From an uncultured Gammaproteobacteria bacterium (GTDB taxonomy: Bacteria > Pseudomonadota > Gammaproteobacteria > JACCXJ01): DNA of 32,102 nt. Below are positions 15,980-26,428 of the stretch, piece after piece. A program made the position numbers and the translations under genes. The stretch covers positions 1-32,102 of the forward strand of contig CAVXTM010000019.1 of assembly GCA_963764725.1 (NCBI GenBank), given 5' to 3'. The notes beneath the pieces were generated by a model, which was not told the DNA's origin, made no database searches, and saw only the letters and a list, made by a program, of their open reading frames with translations. Each line of letters opens with the position of its first letter. Positions within the stretch are counted from its first letter, which is position 1.

Positions 15980-17749
15980 TTAGACCTTCGGAAGTGTGTC
16001 CAGTCGGCGATTGATCTCGTCGACGATCGCCTGGTAGCGAGGACCGCTGACGCCACCGTAGCGTTTTTGGAATTCGGCGGCGGGAATGTTCTCGGGTAGC
16101 CCATCGGCCGGCGGAAAGAATGCATCGAGGTCAAAGCCACGCGCCAGCCGCGCTTGCATGGCGCGCGCACTGGACTGATCGCGGATCGCGGCGATCGCAA
16201 AGCGCGTTCCCGCGGCGTTGGCCAGCATGTCGGCAAACGAAAACCCGCTTCCACCATCCTGTGAATCGAGTTGTTCTTTCAACAGTCCGATGCGATCGCT
16301 GGTCGCCTCGTTCGACAACAATACCAGCGCCGCGCTGACCCAAAAGTGACGCGTCCAGTCTCTCCGTCCACGCAAAGCAACCGTTCCGACCATCCGGCGC
16401 GCCTGAGCTTGCAGGTCCGCATCGAGTAGCTCGCCCACGAACGGCTCAAGATCCGGATGTCCCAGGAGAATCGCCAAGGCAAAAATCGCAGCGCGGTTTT
16501 CCAACAGAGGATCCTGGACCGTTGACCGCTCAGCCGCCATGGTGAAGGCTTCTTGGAGCAGTAAGCCAAAGCGATCCGCGTCCGCGGGAAGGCGTTCGTT
16601 GAGCGCGATCAACTGCCGAAGGTAAAGTCCGGTCTCGAACGCCACGTCAGGGCGCTCCCAGAGAAGCTGCACCAACGCGGGAACCACTTGCCGGCTGAGC
16701 GCTCCTGATTCAAATACCACGTTGATCGCCCCCGGTTCCGTGTTCATGGTGACGATCGCTTCGATGATGCGTCGAATCTGCGGATCGTCCATGAGCGTCG
16801 CGTAGACGGACGACGACAGCATTCGGAGCAAAATCGCCGGCGCCGAAAGGCTCCCCAGTTGGAATTCTTGCATGCCCAAATGCAGGCGTCCTTCGTCGAT
16901 CGACAGCTGGCCTGCCAGGCGGACATTCAAGAACTTACCTCGCCCCCACCGGGGCGGCACCGCCAGGGAGGCCTGGGCGGCGAACATCGAGGGTTCGAAG
17001 TGCACACTTGCCTGGCGCTGCCCGCCCCCCCGGCCGAGTGCCGAATTGACGATCGCGTTGATTTCACCGTCGGTCAGATGCAGATGGCGTGGTTGGCCTT
17101 GCGGCGGATGGGTGTCGCGAATCCGCTGTGCAAGTTGCCGCTTGGCGGCCATACCCATGCCGGCGGTCTGGAAAGACAAAGGCGCTGTGGAGAGTGCCTT
17201 GCCGGTCATGGCCGCCGTCGTCACAAGCAGTAACAGCAATAGCACTCCAAGTTGTCCGGCAGCCCAAGCAAAGGGGCGAACGCCGCGCAACGCGGCTGAG
17301 CTCAAGCGAATCCCCACGAGGTAACTCAGGAAAGGCAGCAGCAGCGACCCCAAGGGCGGAACCGCGTTCCAGGCAATCGCGAAACAGACCGCGAGAGTAG
17401 CCAGACCCAAGCTGCACCAACCCAGCCACACGAGCCAGCGGCCGAGGCGATCTCCGCCAGCCGTCGTCGGCCTGAACGCCGGAGGCGTCAGCAAGCCAAG
17501 CACGAAAGACAGGCTAAACACGACCACCTCGCGCCGGACCAGGCTAAGTATCCAGGCGATGACATCGTCTGAGCTTTGGAATGCCCAATCGACTTGCACG
17601 AAGGGTGCGTTTCGCGCTTGCCACGCGCGCAACAAAAGATAGGCGAGGTACAGCCCGAGAGTGGTTCGCCAAATCCAAACTTGGCTGGAAGTCAACGATT
17701 TGGACGAGCCCAGGGCCTGATGCTGTTCTCTAGTCATTCGATCGGGCAT
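15980..17749 (-). CDS. Hypothetical membrane protein with N-terminal TM bundle and C-terminal YfiM/VanZ-clan-like motif
   Basis: 589-aa ORF with about five N-terminal TM segments. The C-terminal RRDWTRHFWVSAAL..GLLKEQLDS..GSGFSFADMLANAAG resembles the HF..S/KE..D/GFS..D..A..AG signature of YfiM (DUF2279)-like proteins. Confidence 0.65.
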   Translation of the reverse strand: MPDRMTREQHQALGSSKSLTSSQVWIWRTTLGLYLAYLLLRAWQARNAPFVQVDWAFQSSDDVIAWILSLVRREVVVFSLSFVLGLLTPPAFRPTTAGGDRLGRWLVWLGWCSLGLATLAVCFAIAWNAVPPLGSLLLPFLSYLVGIRLSSAALRGVRPFAWAAGQLGVLLLLLLVTTAAMTGKALSTAPLSFQTAGMGMAAKRQLAQRIRDTHPPQGQPRHLHLTDGEINAIVNSALGRGGGQRQASVHFEPSMFAAQASLAVPPRWGRGKFLNVRLAGQLSIDEGRLHLGMQEFQLGSLSAPAILLRMLSSSVYATLMDDPQIRRIIEAIVTMNTEPGAINVVFESGALSRQVVPALVQLLWERPDVAFETGLYLRQLIALNERLPADADRFGLLLQEAFTMAAERSTVQDPLLENRAAIFALAILLGHPDLEPFVGELLDADLQAQARRMVGTVALRGRRDWTRHFWVSAALVLLSNEATSDRIGLLKEQLDSQDGGSGFSFADMLANAAGTRFAIAAIRDQSSARAMQARLARGFDLDAFFPPADGLPENIPAAEFQKRYGGVSGPRYQAIVDEINRRLDTLPKV

Positions 17750-17972
17750 GGCGATGAAAACACTAGTCGTTTCACCAAATTCACACCGACATTTTAGCGG
17801 GCATGGGTTCCCACAGTCACCAGTTTAGGCTTTGGCAGGTCTCCCGTAGCGAGAATCCTCTGCCGCCCTAACAAGTTCTCTTGCCGCAGAAAATTGCCCG
17901 CGTGAGTTTACCATCGAATCACAGCCCCAGCGAGTTGTCTATGTCTTTAAGGGAGGCTCGGTAAGGCGATGT

Positions 17973-18020
17973 ACGCAGGAGGTAGTGACTCACTTGAAAA
18001 TGAGTCACTACCACGCAGGA
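17973..18020. mobile_element. 32-bp mini-IS remnant (IS1-like ends) with 8-bp target-site duplication
   Basis: ACGCAGGA (17973-17980) + GGTAGTGACTCA (17981-17992) + CTTGAAAA + TGAGTCACTACC (18001-18012) + ACGCAGGA (18013-18020). Confidence 0.75.
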
Positions 18021-18319
18021 AACTTGCTTGACAAAATACAATCGATCACGCTTGGGACTAAGGAAAAACGCACGCCAAACTCAGCCTTGCCCTATGGCCC
18101 TATTTCTTCGAACTGATATGAGTCCGACACACTGTTAGATTCCAGGCCAACTATAGATGTGGCCTAAAACGGTCTACAAGTATTGACCAATACATCAAAT
18201 AGATTTAACAGAAATCTGGTTGAAAAGTATCGTTGAGGACACACACAGAAACCAACAAAGATCATTCATTTCATGCGGTGCCAAGTGAGTGGTAGGCAAA
18301 TACATGGCGGGAGGACAGC

Positions 18320-18622
18320 ATGCAACTAACGCCGAGAGAGTTCGATAAACTTCTCATTTACATGATGGCCGATGTTGCGCTTAAGCGGAAGGCGAAGGGC
18401 CTGAAGCTCAACTACCCAGAAGCCGTCGCAATCATCTCCGCGACCGCCCTCGATGGTGCGCGCGCCGGCAAGACGATCGAAGACGTGACCAAGGATGCGC
18501 GCACCGCATTGACCAAGGATGACGTCATGGACGGCGTCGCCGATCTGATTCCGATGGTGCAGATCGAGGCGGTGTTCACCGACGGCAGCCGGCTGGTGAC
18601 CGTGCACACGCCGATCCAGTAA
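18320..18622 (+). CDS. ureA: Urease subunit gamma
   Basis: 100 aa; [50 protein letters not shown]. Confidence 0.97.
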   Translation: MQLTPREFDKLLIYMMADVALKRKAKGLKLNYPEAVAIISATALDGARAGKTIEDVTKDARTALTKDDVMDGVADLIPMVQIEAVFTDGSRLVTVHTPIQ

Positions 18623-18645
18623 GACGCGCGAGAGAGGAGCGTAAT

Positions 18646-19107
18646 ATGGCCAACGTCAAAGCAGGTCCCACAGTTGCCGCCAACGTCGACCCGGCGACGG
18701 CCGATGTACCACTGGGCGGCTATGTGTGCAGCCCGGAGCCAGTCCCCTTCCATGAGGAGCGCCTAGTGACTTCGCTCACTGTGCGCAATACCGGCGACCG
18801 TCCGGTGCAGGTGGGCTCGCACTTCCATTTCTTCGAGGTAAATCGCGCGCTGGAGTTCGACCGCGCGGCGGCGTTCGGGCAGCACCTTCACATCCCGGCG
18901 TCCACTGCGCTGCGGTTCGAGCCGGGTGACGAACGCGAGGTTAAGCTGGTTCCCTACGGCGGCAAGCGCGCCGTGTACGGCTTCAACAACCTGGTCGACG
19001 GCCCAACCGCGGGCAAATCCGCCGACCCCCGGAAGTCCAAGGCAGTGGCGCTCGCTGCGAAGCGCGGGTTCCGCTCGTCTGCCGCAAAGAAGACCAGCAA
19101 GCGCTAG
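18646..19107 (+). CDS. ureB: Urease subunit beta
   Basis: [27 protein letters not shown] and RFEPGD, with N- and C-terminal extensions as in Yersinia-type UreB. Confidence 0.97.
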   Translation: MANVKAGPTVAANVDPATADVPLGGYVCSPEPVPFHEERLVTSLTVRNTGDRPVQVGSHFHFFEVNRALEFDRAAAFGQHLHIPASTALRFEPGDEREVKLVPYGGKRAVYGFNNLVDGPTAGKSADPRKSKAVALAAKRGFRSSAAKKTSKR

Positions 19108-19134
19108 CCGCCGCACCCCACACAGGAGGACCCG

Positions 19135-20856
19135 ATGGCAACGATTTCACGCAACGAATATGTCGGCCTGTTCGGTCCCACCGTCGGCGACCGCATCCGG
19201 CTGGGCGATACCGGCCTCTTTGTCGAGATCGAGCGCGACCTGCGCGGGGCATCCGGCGACGAGATCGTCTTCGGCGGCGGCAAGAGCCTGCGCGAGGGCA
19301 TGGGCATGGACAACCGGATCACGAGTGCGGGCGGCGCGCCCGACCTGGTGATCACCAACGTGACGATCATCGACGCGGTGCTCGGTGTGGTGAAGGCCGA
19401 CGTCGGCATTAAGGACAGCCGCATCTGCGCGATCGGCAAGGCCGGCAATCCGCAGACCATGAACGGGATCACCCCGGGTCTGGAGTGCGGCCTCGCCACC
19501 GACGCGATCTCCGGCTCGCATCTGATCCTGACCGCCGCCGGCGTCGATACGCACATCCACTACATCTCGCCGCAGCAGGCGTACGCCGCTCTGTCGAACG
19601 GCACGACCACCCTGATCGGCGGGGGCACCGGCCCCTCGGACGGCTCGAGTGCGACAACCGTCACGCCGGGACCGGGGAACATCCGGACGATGCTGCGCGC
19701 CTTCGAAGGCTGGCCGATCAACGTCGGCATCCTCGGCAAGGGCCACGGCCACGGCAAGGCGGCGCTCGTCGAGCAGATCCAGGCCGGCGCGGTCGGCTTC
19801 AAGTGCCACGAGGACTGGGGCACCACTCCGGCCGTGCTGCGCTCCGCGCTCACGGTCGCGGACGAGATGGACGTGCAGGTGTGCATCCACACCGACACGT
19901 TGAACGAATCCGGCTTCGTCGACGACTCGATCGCGGCCTTCGAGGGCCGCGCCGTCCACTCTTTCCACACCGAGGGCTCCGGCGGCGGCCACGCGCCCGA
20001 CATCATCAAGATCTCGGGCCTGCCCAACGTGCTGCCGTCGTCGACCAATCCGACGCTCCCGTACGGTATCAACTCGCAGGCGGAGCTCTACGACATGATC
20101 ATGGTGTGCCACCACTTGAGTCCCGACATCCCGTCGGACGTGGCGTTCACCGAGAGCCGCATCCGCGCGGAGACGATCGCCGCGGAAAACGTGCTGCACG
20201 ACCTCGGCGTGATCTCGATGATGTCGAGCGATTCGCAGGCGATGGGTCGCATCGGCGAGTGCTGGCTGCGCACGATCCAGACCGCCGACGCGATGAAGAC
20301 CGGGCGCGGCAAGCTGCCGGAAGATGCCAAGGGCAACGACAACTTCCGCGTCCTGCGCTACGTGGCGAAGATCACGATCAACCCGGCGATCACGCACGGG
20401 ATCTCCCACGTGCTCGGCTCGGTGGAGGTCGGCAAGATCGCCGACCTGGTGCTATGGGAGCCGGCGTTCTTCGGCGCGAAGCCGAAGCTCGTGCTCAAGA
20501 ATGGCGTCATCAGCTGGGCGGTGATGGGCGACCCGAATGCTTCGCTGCCGACGCCGCAGCCGGTCTACTACCGGCCGATGTTCGGGGCGTTCGGCAAGGC
20601 GCTTCCCGACACCTGCATCACCTTCGTCTCGGGGGCCGCGCACGCGGCGGGCATCAAGAAGAAGCTCGGCCTGGACCGCCAGGTCGTTGCGATCCGCAAC
20701 ACCCGCAAGATCGGCAAGCGCGACATGGTGCGCAACTCCGGCACGCCGAAGATCGAGGTGAGTCCCGAGACGTTCGCGGTCACCGTCGACGGCAAGCACG
20801 CGACCGTGGCGCCCTTGAAAACGATCTCGCTTAACCAAAGGTATTTTTTTTCCTGA
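19135..20856 (+). CDS. ureC: Urease subunit alpha
   Basis: Intact Ni-site residues: DTHIH, carbamylated Lys in [30 protein letters not shown], flap MVCHHL and SSDSQAMGR. Confidence 0.98.
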   Translation: MATISRNEYVGLFGPTVGDRIRLGDTGLFVEIERDLRGASGDEIVFGGGKSLREGMGMDNRITSAGGAPDLVITNVTIIDAVLGVVKADVGIKDSRICAIGKAGNPQTMNGITPGLECGLATDAISGSHLILTAAGVDTHIHYISPQQAYAALSNGTTTLIGGGTGPSDGSSATTVTPGPGNIRTMLRAFEGWPINVGILGKGHGHGKAALVEQIQAGAVGFKCHEDWGTTPAVLRSALTVADEMDVQVCIHTDTLNESGFVDDSIAAFEGRAVHSFHTEGSGGGHAPDIIKISGLPNVLPSSTNPTLPYGINSQAELYDMIMVCHHLSPDIPSDVAFTESRIRAETIAAENVLHDLGVISMMSSDSQAMGRIGECWLRTIQTADAMKTGRGKLPEDAKGNDNFRVLRYVAKITINPAITHGISHVLGSVEVGKIADLVLWEPAFFGAKPKLVLKNGVISWAVMGDPNASLPTPQPVYYRPMFGAFGKALPDTCITFVSGAAHAAGIKKKLGLDRQVVAIRNTRKIGKRDMVRNSGTPKIEVSPETFAVTVDGKHATVAPLKTISLNQRYFFS

Positions 20857-20866
20857 TGGGCGCACT

Positions 20867-21559
20867 GTGATTATCATTGAAACCGTTCTGGGCAATAGCG
20901 GCGATCCCGATTGGACCGAACGGCTGTCTGCCGCCAACGTCGACTTGCTGGAGGTCGACCAGTGGGAAGCGCAGAAGAGTCGCTTCCGAAAGACCACGGC
21001 AAAGGGTACCGAGGTGGCGATATCGCTCGACCGCGGCATGTATATCCGCGACGGCGACGTACTGCTGTGGGATGCTCAGGCAGCCGCGGCCGTCGTTGCG
21101 CGAATCGCCTTGCGCGAGGTGATGATCGTGCATCTAGACGGTCTGAAGCGCCTCACATCCGATATCGCGATCCGCACCTGCGTTGAGCTGGGGCACGCGA
21201 TGGGCAACCAGCACTGGCCCGCGCTGGTCAAGGGCAATCTCGTCTATGTGCCGCTCACCGTCGACCGCAAGGTGATGGCAGCCGTCATGGACACGCATCG
21301 CTTCGAAGGCATCCGCTACGAGTTTGTGCCGGGCCGAGAGGTCATTCTCTACCTGGCTCCGCATGAATCACGCCGGCTGTTCGGCGGCGCCGAAGGTCCG
21401 GTGCATTCGCACACGCATGAGAGCTATGCCGTCGTCGAGGCCGAAACGGGACGCGCGTATGGGCGCCCACCGGTGCGCGCCGACGCGCGTTCGGGGATCG
21501 ATGCTCATTCCCACGGAACGCCGGCCAAGCCCCTTTCTGCGAATGACCATGGGAAATGA
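20867..21559 (+). CDS. ureE: Urease accessory Ni chaperone UreE
   Basis: QKSRFRK.T..G, RDGDVL and ELGHAMGNQHWP, with a tail containing HSHTH and HSH. GTG start. Confidence 0.93.
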   Translation: MIIIETVLGNSGDPDWTERLSAANVDLLEVDQWEAQKSRFRKTTAKGTEVAISLDRGMYIRDGDVLLWDAQAAAAVVARIALREVMIVHLDGLKRLTSDIAIRTCVELGHAMGNQHWPALVKGNLVYVPLTVDRKVMAAVMDTHRFEGIRYEFVPGREVILYLAPHESRRLFGGAEGPVHSHTHESYAVVEAETGRAYGRPPVRADARSGIDAHSHGTPAKPLSANDHGK

Positions 21560-22263
21560 TGGTGTCGAAGCGCCAAAGACCGCGGCGTTTCTTGCGCGCA
21601 TGCTGCAATTTGGGGACTCGACCTTCCCCATTGGCGGGTTCTCGTTTTCTTGTGGCTTAGAATCCGCAATCCAGAAAGGTGTTGTAGTCGATGCAGCCAC
21701 TCTCCATGCGTTTACGCGCACTGCGGTGGAGCAAGCAGCGCGTGGCGACGGTATCGCACTGATCGTCGCGCATGGCAGGGCGGCGGCCGGCGACGTTGAC
21801 GCGCTCATCCGAATCGATGCAGCAGGTATACGCCCGCAAGCTTTCCGACGAGATGCGCACTATGTCGGTGCGCACGGGTAAAAAGTTCACGGAAATGGGT
21901 GTGCAGGTGATCGGCGCGCCTCTGCTTTGCAGATGGCGCGAATGCATCGAAACTTCCGTTACTCCGGGATGCTATCCGGTGGCGCTGGCGGTAAATTTTG
22001 CAGTTCAAGGTCTGCCAGCGCTCGAAGCGTTCGTCGTTCATCAGTACGGTCTGGCGGCGGCGATCCTGGGCGCGGCGTTGCGGCTGATGAAAATCAGCCA
22101 TGTTGACACGCAGAAGATCCTCTATGAACTCAATGGGGGAGCGGAAGCGGCCTATAAGATCGCGGCGGCGTCTGGTTTGTCCGACATGTCGGGTTACGCG
22201 CCGCTAACGGAAATCCTGGCTGCGGTCCATGCCAAGTCGCACGTGCGCCTGTTCATGAATTAG
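21549..22263 (+). pseudogene. ureF: Urease accessory protein UreF, split by a +1 frameshift at about 21819 (probably sequencing error)
   Basis: The first frame gives LQFGDSTFPIGGFSFSCGLE..LIRID; the next frame gives [35 protein letters not shown]. Removing one base yields about 237 aa. Confidence 0.9.
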
Positions 22264-22282
22264 ACCTCGATTGGAGCGTCGA

Positions 22283-22927
22283 ATGTCGAAGAAAATCACA
22301 CGCATCGGCATAGGCGGCCCGGTCGGCGCAGGCAAGACTGCAATCGTGGAAGCCATTACGCCGCGGTTGCTCGACCTTGGTATCAAGGTGCTCATTATCA
22401 CCAACGACGTGGTGACCACCGAGGACGCGAAGCACGTCCAGCGCACCCTCAAGGGCGTTCTGCTCGAGGAACGCATCCTCGGGGTGGAGACGGGTGCCTG
22501 CCCCCATACAGCGGTACGCGAGGATCCCAGCATGAACCTCGCGGCGGTCGAAGACATGGAGGGGCGTTTTCCGGATAGCGATATCGTGCTGATCGAAAGC
22601 GGTGGCGACAACCTGACGCTCACCTTTTCGCCGGCGCTGGTCGACTATTTCATCTACGTGATCGACGTCGCCGCCGGCGACAAGATCCCTCGCAAGAATG
22701 GGCCTGGGATCACGCATTCGGACATCCTCGTCATCAACAAGACCGACCTCGCGCCTCACGTCGGCGCCAGCCTCGACGTGATGAAGCACGATTCCCGGCT
22801 GATGCGCGGCAGCAAGCCCTTCTTGTTCACCAACTGCAAGACCGGTGAGGGCATTCCAGAACTGGTCGATCTGATCGAAAGGGAGTTTCTATTCGACATG
22901 AATCTGCGGGCTCGGAGGCCAGCATGA
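22283..22927 (+). CDS. ureG: Urease accessory GTPase UreG
   Basis: [10 protein letters not shown]-loop, [21 protein letters not shown] and INKTD. Confidence 0.97.
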   Translation: MSKKITRIGIGGPVGAGKTAIVEAITPRLLDLGIKVLIITNDVVTTEDAKHVQRTLKGVLLEERILGVETGACPHTAVREDPSMNLAAVEDMEGRFPDSDIVLIESGGDNLTLTFSPALVDYFIYVIDVAAGDKIPRKNGPGITHSDILVINKTDLAPHVGASLDVMKHDSRLMRGSKPFLFTNCKTGEGIPELVDLIEREFLFDMNLRARRPA

Positions 22928-23874
22928 TGCCCCCGAACTCTGCTCTGCGGGCGGCGGCGGAAGCAGTCGGCGCATCGGCTCCAGAGCTGGCGGCGTTTCA
23001 GGACGAGCCCCTGCAGATGAAGAGCGGCACGGTCGGCAAGACCGGTTTCCTGCGTCTTGGCTTCGAGCAGCGCGGCGGGCGAACGATCCTGGCGGACCTC
23101 GAGCGCCGCGTTCCGTACATGGCGCAGCGCGCGCTGTATTGCGACCAGGAAATGCCGGACTTGGCTCACGTGTTCTTGATCACCACCACCGGCTGCCTGT
23201 TACAGGGCGACCGGCTCGCTCTCGAAGTCATGCTCGGCCCTCGCGCTCAGGCGCACGTTAGCACGCAGTCGGCAACCAAGATCCACTCGATGGATGCCAA
23301 TTACGCGGCGCAAGCGCAGACCATCACGCTTGCCGACGATGCCTACCTGGAGTTTCTTCCCGATCCTGTCATCCCGCATCGGGGCGCGCGGTTCGTCAGC
23401 GATACACGAATCTCCATCGCTTCGACGGCAACGCTCCTCTATTCGGAGATCATCCAACCGGGCCGAAAGCATCATCATCCGGACGAATGCTTCGGCGCAA
23501 CCGTGATGTCGATAGCGATCGCCGCCGCGCGCCCCGATGGCCGCACCTTGTTCAAAGAGAAGCTGGTGATCGAGCCGCAGCAGAAACCGATGCGGCAGAC
23601 GGGTGTGATGGACTCATTCGACGTGTTCGGCAATGTGATCCTGTGCACGCCCAAGGACAGAGCTGATCGCATCTATGAGCGCGTGGGGACCGATGTCGAT
23701 CTTGCGCGCGGCGTAGCGTTCGGATCCTGCCGGCTGCCCAATGAGGCCGGCCTGATCTTCAAGGTCTTGGGACGCGAAACCGCGCAGGTGAAGGCCAAGG
23801 TGCGCGAGTTCTGGGGCGTGGCGCGCCAGGAGGTCATGGGCGCCAATATCCCTTCGCCCTTTTTATGGCGCTGA
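22924..23874 (+). CDS. ureD: Urease accessory protein UreD
   Basis: ATGA overlap with ureG; [27 protein letters not shown] and GR motifs. Confidence 0.93.
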   Translation: MMPPNSALRAAAEAVGASAPELAAFQDEPLQMKSGTVGKTGFLRLGFEQRGGRTILADLERRVPYMAQRALYCDQEMPDLAHVFLITTTGCLLQGDRLALEVMLGPRAQAHVSTQSATKIHSMDANYAAQAQTITLADDAYLEFLPDPVIPHRGARFVSDTRISIASTATLLYSEIIQPGRKHHHPDECFGATVMSIAIAAARPDGRTLFKEKLVIEPQQKPMRQTGVMDSFDVFGNVILCTPKDRADRIYERVGTDVDLARGVAFGSCRLPNEAGLIFKVLGRETAQVKAKVREFWGVARQEVMGANIPSPFLWR

Positions 23875-23934
23875 TCGGTAAGCCGATCCCAGAGATCGTC
23901 GAACCACAGAGTCGACACGTTGGTGGAGGCGACA

Positions 23935-24948
23935 ATGGAGAAACTGTTGGCAAAGTGGGAACTCCTATGTGGGTCGTCAGGAGCCTTACGCTTCTTAGAC
24001 ATCAATCTGCGCGGCATCGGGCAGGTGATGTTCCAGAACAATCCGCTCACCGGGCTGCTTTTCCTGCTTGCTGTCGGCTGGGGCTCGTACGCCGCCAGCG
24101 TGCCTCAGGTCTTCATCGGGGGCCTGCTCGCGGTGGTGGCGGCAACCCTGACGGCACAATGGCTACGCCTCGACGAGGCTGAGCTCGCCTCCGGCCTGTA
24201 TGGCTATAACGCCTACCTGGTGGGCCTGGCGCTGGGGACGTTCCTGGCCCCCGGGCCGTTGCTGTGGGCCTATGTCGTACTGGGCGGCGCCGTGTCGGTG
24301 GTGGCAACGCTGGCCACCGCCAACATGTTCAAGACCTGGGGCGTGGCCGCCCTCACCGCGCCTTTCGTGCTTGTCGCCTGGCTGCTGCTGTTAGCCACCT
24401 TTGCGTTCTCCGGGATCGACGGCAGCGCGCTGGGGTACGGCGGCAAGCTCATGCCGATCGATCCGGCCGCCGCGAATCCGCTCGCTGCAGCCGATTTCGT
24501 CCAGGGCATCCTCAAGAGCGTTTCACAAGTCTTCCTCAAGGGCAACACCCTGTCGGCCTTGCTGTTTCTCGCGGGGCTGGCGGTGAGCTCGCTGGCGGCT
24601 GCGGTATTTGCTCTCGGAGGCGCCCTCGTGGCGGTCGTCACCGCGCATCTTCTCGGCGCAGAGAGCGATCTCATCACCGGTGGACTCCTCGGCTTCAGCC
24701 CCGTGCTCACCGCCGTCGCGCTCGGCGCGGTGTTCTATCAGCCGAGCGCGCGGGTGGTGGCGTACGCACTGGTGGGCACGGTGTTCACGGTCATCGTGCA
24801 AGGGGCAATGAATGTCGCCTTGACACCGTTCGCCATTCCGACGCTGACCGCCCCGTTCGTCCTGGCGTCGTGGCTGTTCCTGCTTCCGCGCCAGTGTTTC
24901 GAACCGGCTGCGGCCGCCGCCGATGCCGCGAAGCCCGGTGCGATGTAG
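23935..24948 (+). CDS. Urea transporter (UT/Utp/Yut family)
   Basis: Internally duplicated UT motifs: GQVMFQNNP / SQVFLKGN, GLYGYN / GLLGFS, LTAPF / LTAPF. GGAGG RBS before ATG 23935. Confidence 0.92.
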   Translation: MEKLLAKWELLCGSSGALRFLDINLRGIGQVMFQNNPLTGLLFLLAVGWGSYAASVPQVFIGGLLAVVAATLTAQWLRLDEAELASGLYGYNAYLVGLALGTFLAPGPLLWAYVVLGGAVSVVATLATANMFKTWGVAALTAPFVLVAWLLLLATFAFSGIDGSALGYGGKLMPIDPAAANPLAAADFVQGILKSVSQVFLKGNTLSALLFLAGLAVSSLAAAVFALGGALVAVVTAHLLGAESDLITGGLLGFSPVLTAVALGAVFYQPSARVVAYALVGTVFTVIVQGAMNVALTPFAIPTLTAPFVLASWLFLLPRQCFEPAAAAADAAKPGAM

Positions 24949-24982
24949 GCCTGTAGATTGTAGTTGGAGGAGGGACTGAGCT

Positions 24983-26428
24983 ATGGGACTCCTGGGGATA
25001 TTGCTCGCGCTCGGATTGTTGATGTGGCTCGCCTATCGGGGGTGGAGCGTACTGCTGGTGGCGCCGGTGGCAGCACTCGCGGCCGCTGCGATCTCGGGCG
25101 AGCCGCTTCTCGCCCACTGGACGCAGACTTTCATGGTCGGGGCTGCCCGCTTCGTCACGCAATGGTTTCCCCTGTTCCTGCTTGGCGGGTTGTTCGGCAA
25201 GCTCATGGACGACAGCGGTTCGATCACCTCGATTGCGCGTTTCTTGACCGAACGATTGGGGACACGCCGCACGATGCTCGCGGTCGTGCTCGCCTCGGCC
25301 GTCGTCACCTATGGCGGCGTCAGCGTCTTCGTCGCCTTTTTCGTCCTTGTGCCAATGGCGCAGCAGATGTTTCGAGCCGCGAACCTCCCGCGCCGGTTGA
25401 TGCCGGCCACCATCGGCCTCGGGGCATTCACGTTCACCATGTCAGTGATGCCGGGAACCCCTTCGGTCAACAACGCCATTCCGATGCCATACTTCGGAAC
25501 CACCGCCTTCGCGGCCCCCGGGCTGAGTATCATCGCGTCGGCTATCATCTTCGTTTTCGGGATGTGGTGGCTCGGCCGTGCTGAGGCAGCTGCGCGCAAG
25601 GCTGGCGAAGGTTACGATGGCGAGGCGGGAACCGTTCCTGTCGTTGACGAGATGATTCGCGAGCAGGCGGCGCCGGCTGGCGACTTCGACCCGGCCGAGT
25701 TACCGCATGGCAAGCGGGCCGAGAGCGGCCCTCCCTTCGCTCTGGCCGTGCTGCCCCTCGTCGTCGTTATCGTCACGAATTTCTTAATGTCGCTTGTCGT
25801 ATTCCCGCGACTCGATTTTTCGTTCCTGTCCGAGCCCCAGTGGGGCGGTACTACGCTCCGAGCCGTGTCCGGCGTCTGGTCAGTTGTGGTGGCTCTCGCG
25901 GCGGCTAACTTGACGGTCCTTCTCATCAACTTTCGGCGCTTGCCATCCCCCCGCGAAAGTCTCGACGCGGGTGCGAATTCTGCCGCCTTGCCGATGCTGA
26001 TGATCGCCAGTCTTGTCGGCTTCGGCGCAGTAGTTGCGGCGTTGCCGGCATTTGCATTGGTTCGCGATGCGGTATTCTCGATTAGTGGAGGACCGCTGGT
26101 CTCATTGAGCGTCTCTATGAATGTGCTGGCGGGGCTGACCGGCACTGCTTCTGGCGGTATGGCGATTGTACTCAATTCATTTGGCAACGACTTTCTGCGT
26201 CTTGCCACTGAGCATCGCATCGATCTCGAATTGATGCATCGTATAACAACGATGAGCGCCGGTACCCTGGACGCCCTGCCCCACAATGGCACGGTGTTGC
26301 TGTTACTGCAAATTAGTGGTCTGACTCACCGTGAAAGCTATTTGGACATGGTGATGACCGTGATCGTCAGTTGCATTATTGCACTTGTTGCCGTCATCGT
26401 GCTGGGTTCGGTGTTTGGATCGTTTTGA
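24983..26428 (+). CDS. GntP-family permease (H+/organic acid symporter-like)
   Basis: FLLGGLFGKLM.DSG, TYGGVSVFV, PGTPSVNNAIP..YFGT, GLTGTASGG and LDALPHNG. GGAGG RBS. Confidence 0.85.
   Translation: MGLLGILLALGLLMWLAYRGWSVLLVAPVAALAAAAISGEPLLAHWTQTFMVGAARFVTQWFPLFLLGGLFGKLMDDSGSITSIARFLTERLGTRRTMLAVVLASAVVTYGGVSVFVAFFVLVPMAQQMFRAANLPRRLMPATIGLGAFTFTMSVMPGTPSVNNAIPMPYFGTTAFAAPGLSIIASAIIFVFGMWWLGRAEAAARKAGEGYDGEAGTVPVVDEMIREQAAPAGDFDPAELPHGKRAESGPPFALAVLPLVVVIVTNFLMSLVVFPRLDFSFLSEPQWGGTTLRAVSGVWSVVVALAAANLTVLLINFRRLPSPRESLDAGANSAALPMLMIASLVGFGAVVAALPAFALVRDAVFSISGGPLVSLSVSMNVLAGLTGTASGGMAIVLNSFGNDFLRLATEHRIDLELMHRITTMSAGTLDALPHNGTVLLLLQISGLTHRESYLDMVMTVIVSCIIALVAVIVLGSVFGSF

Noticed and set aside
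18028-18056. Perfect TTGACA hexamer upstream of urease
   Set aside because: No plausible -10 element at 16-18 bp spacing.
18183-18198. FNR/CRP-like site TTGAC-N6-ATCAA
   Set aside because: Half-site spacing is 6 rather than the 4 required for FNR; kept only as an unnamed dyad.
19147-20834. 420-aa antisense and 449-aa off-frame ORFs over ureC
   Set aside because: Arg/Gly-rich shadow frames of a highly biased gene.
21805-21835. Programmed ribosomal frameshift in ureF
   Set aside because: No slippery heptamer or obvious stimulatory structure, and the same +1 pattern recurs in unrelated genes.
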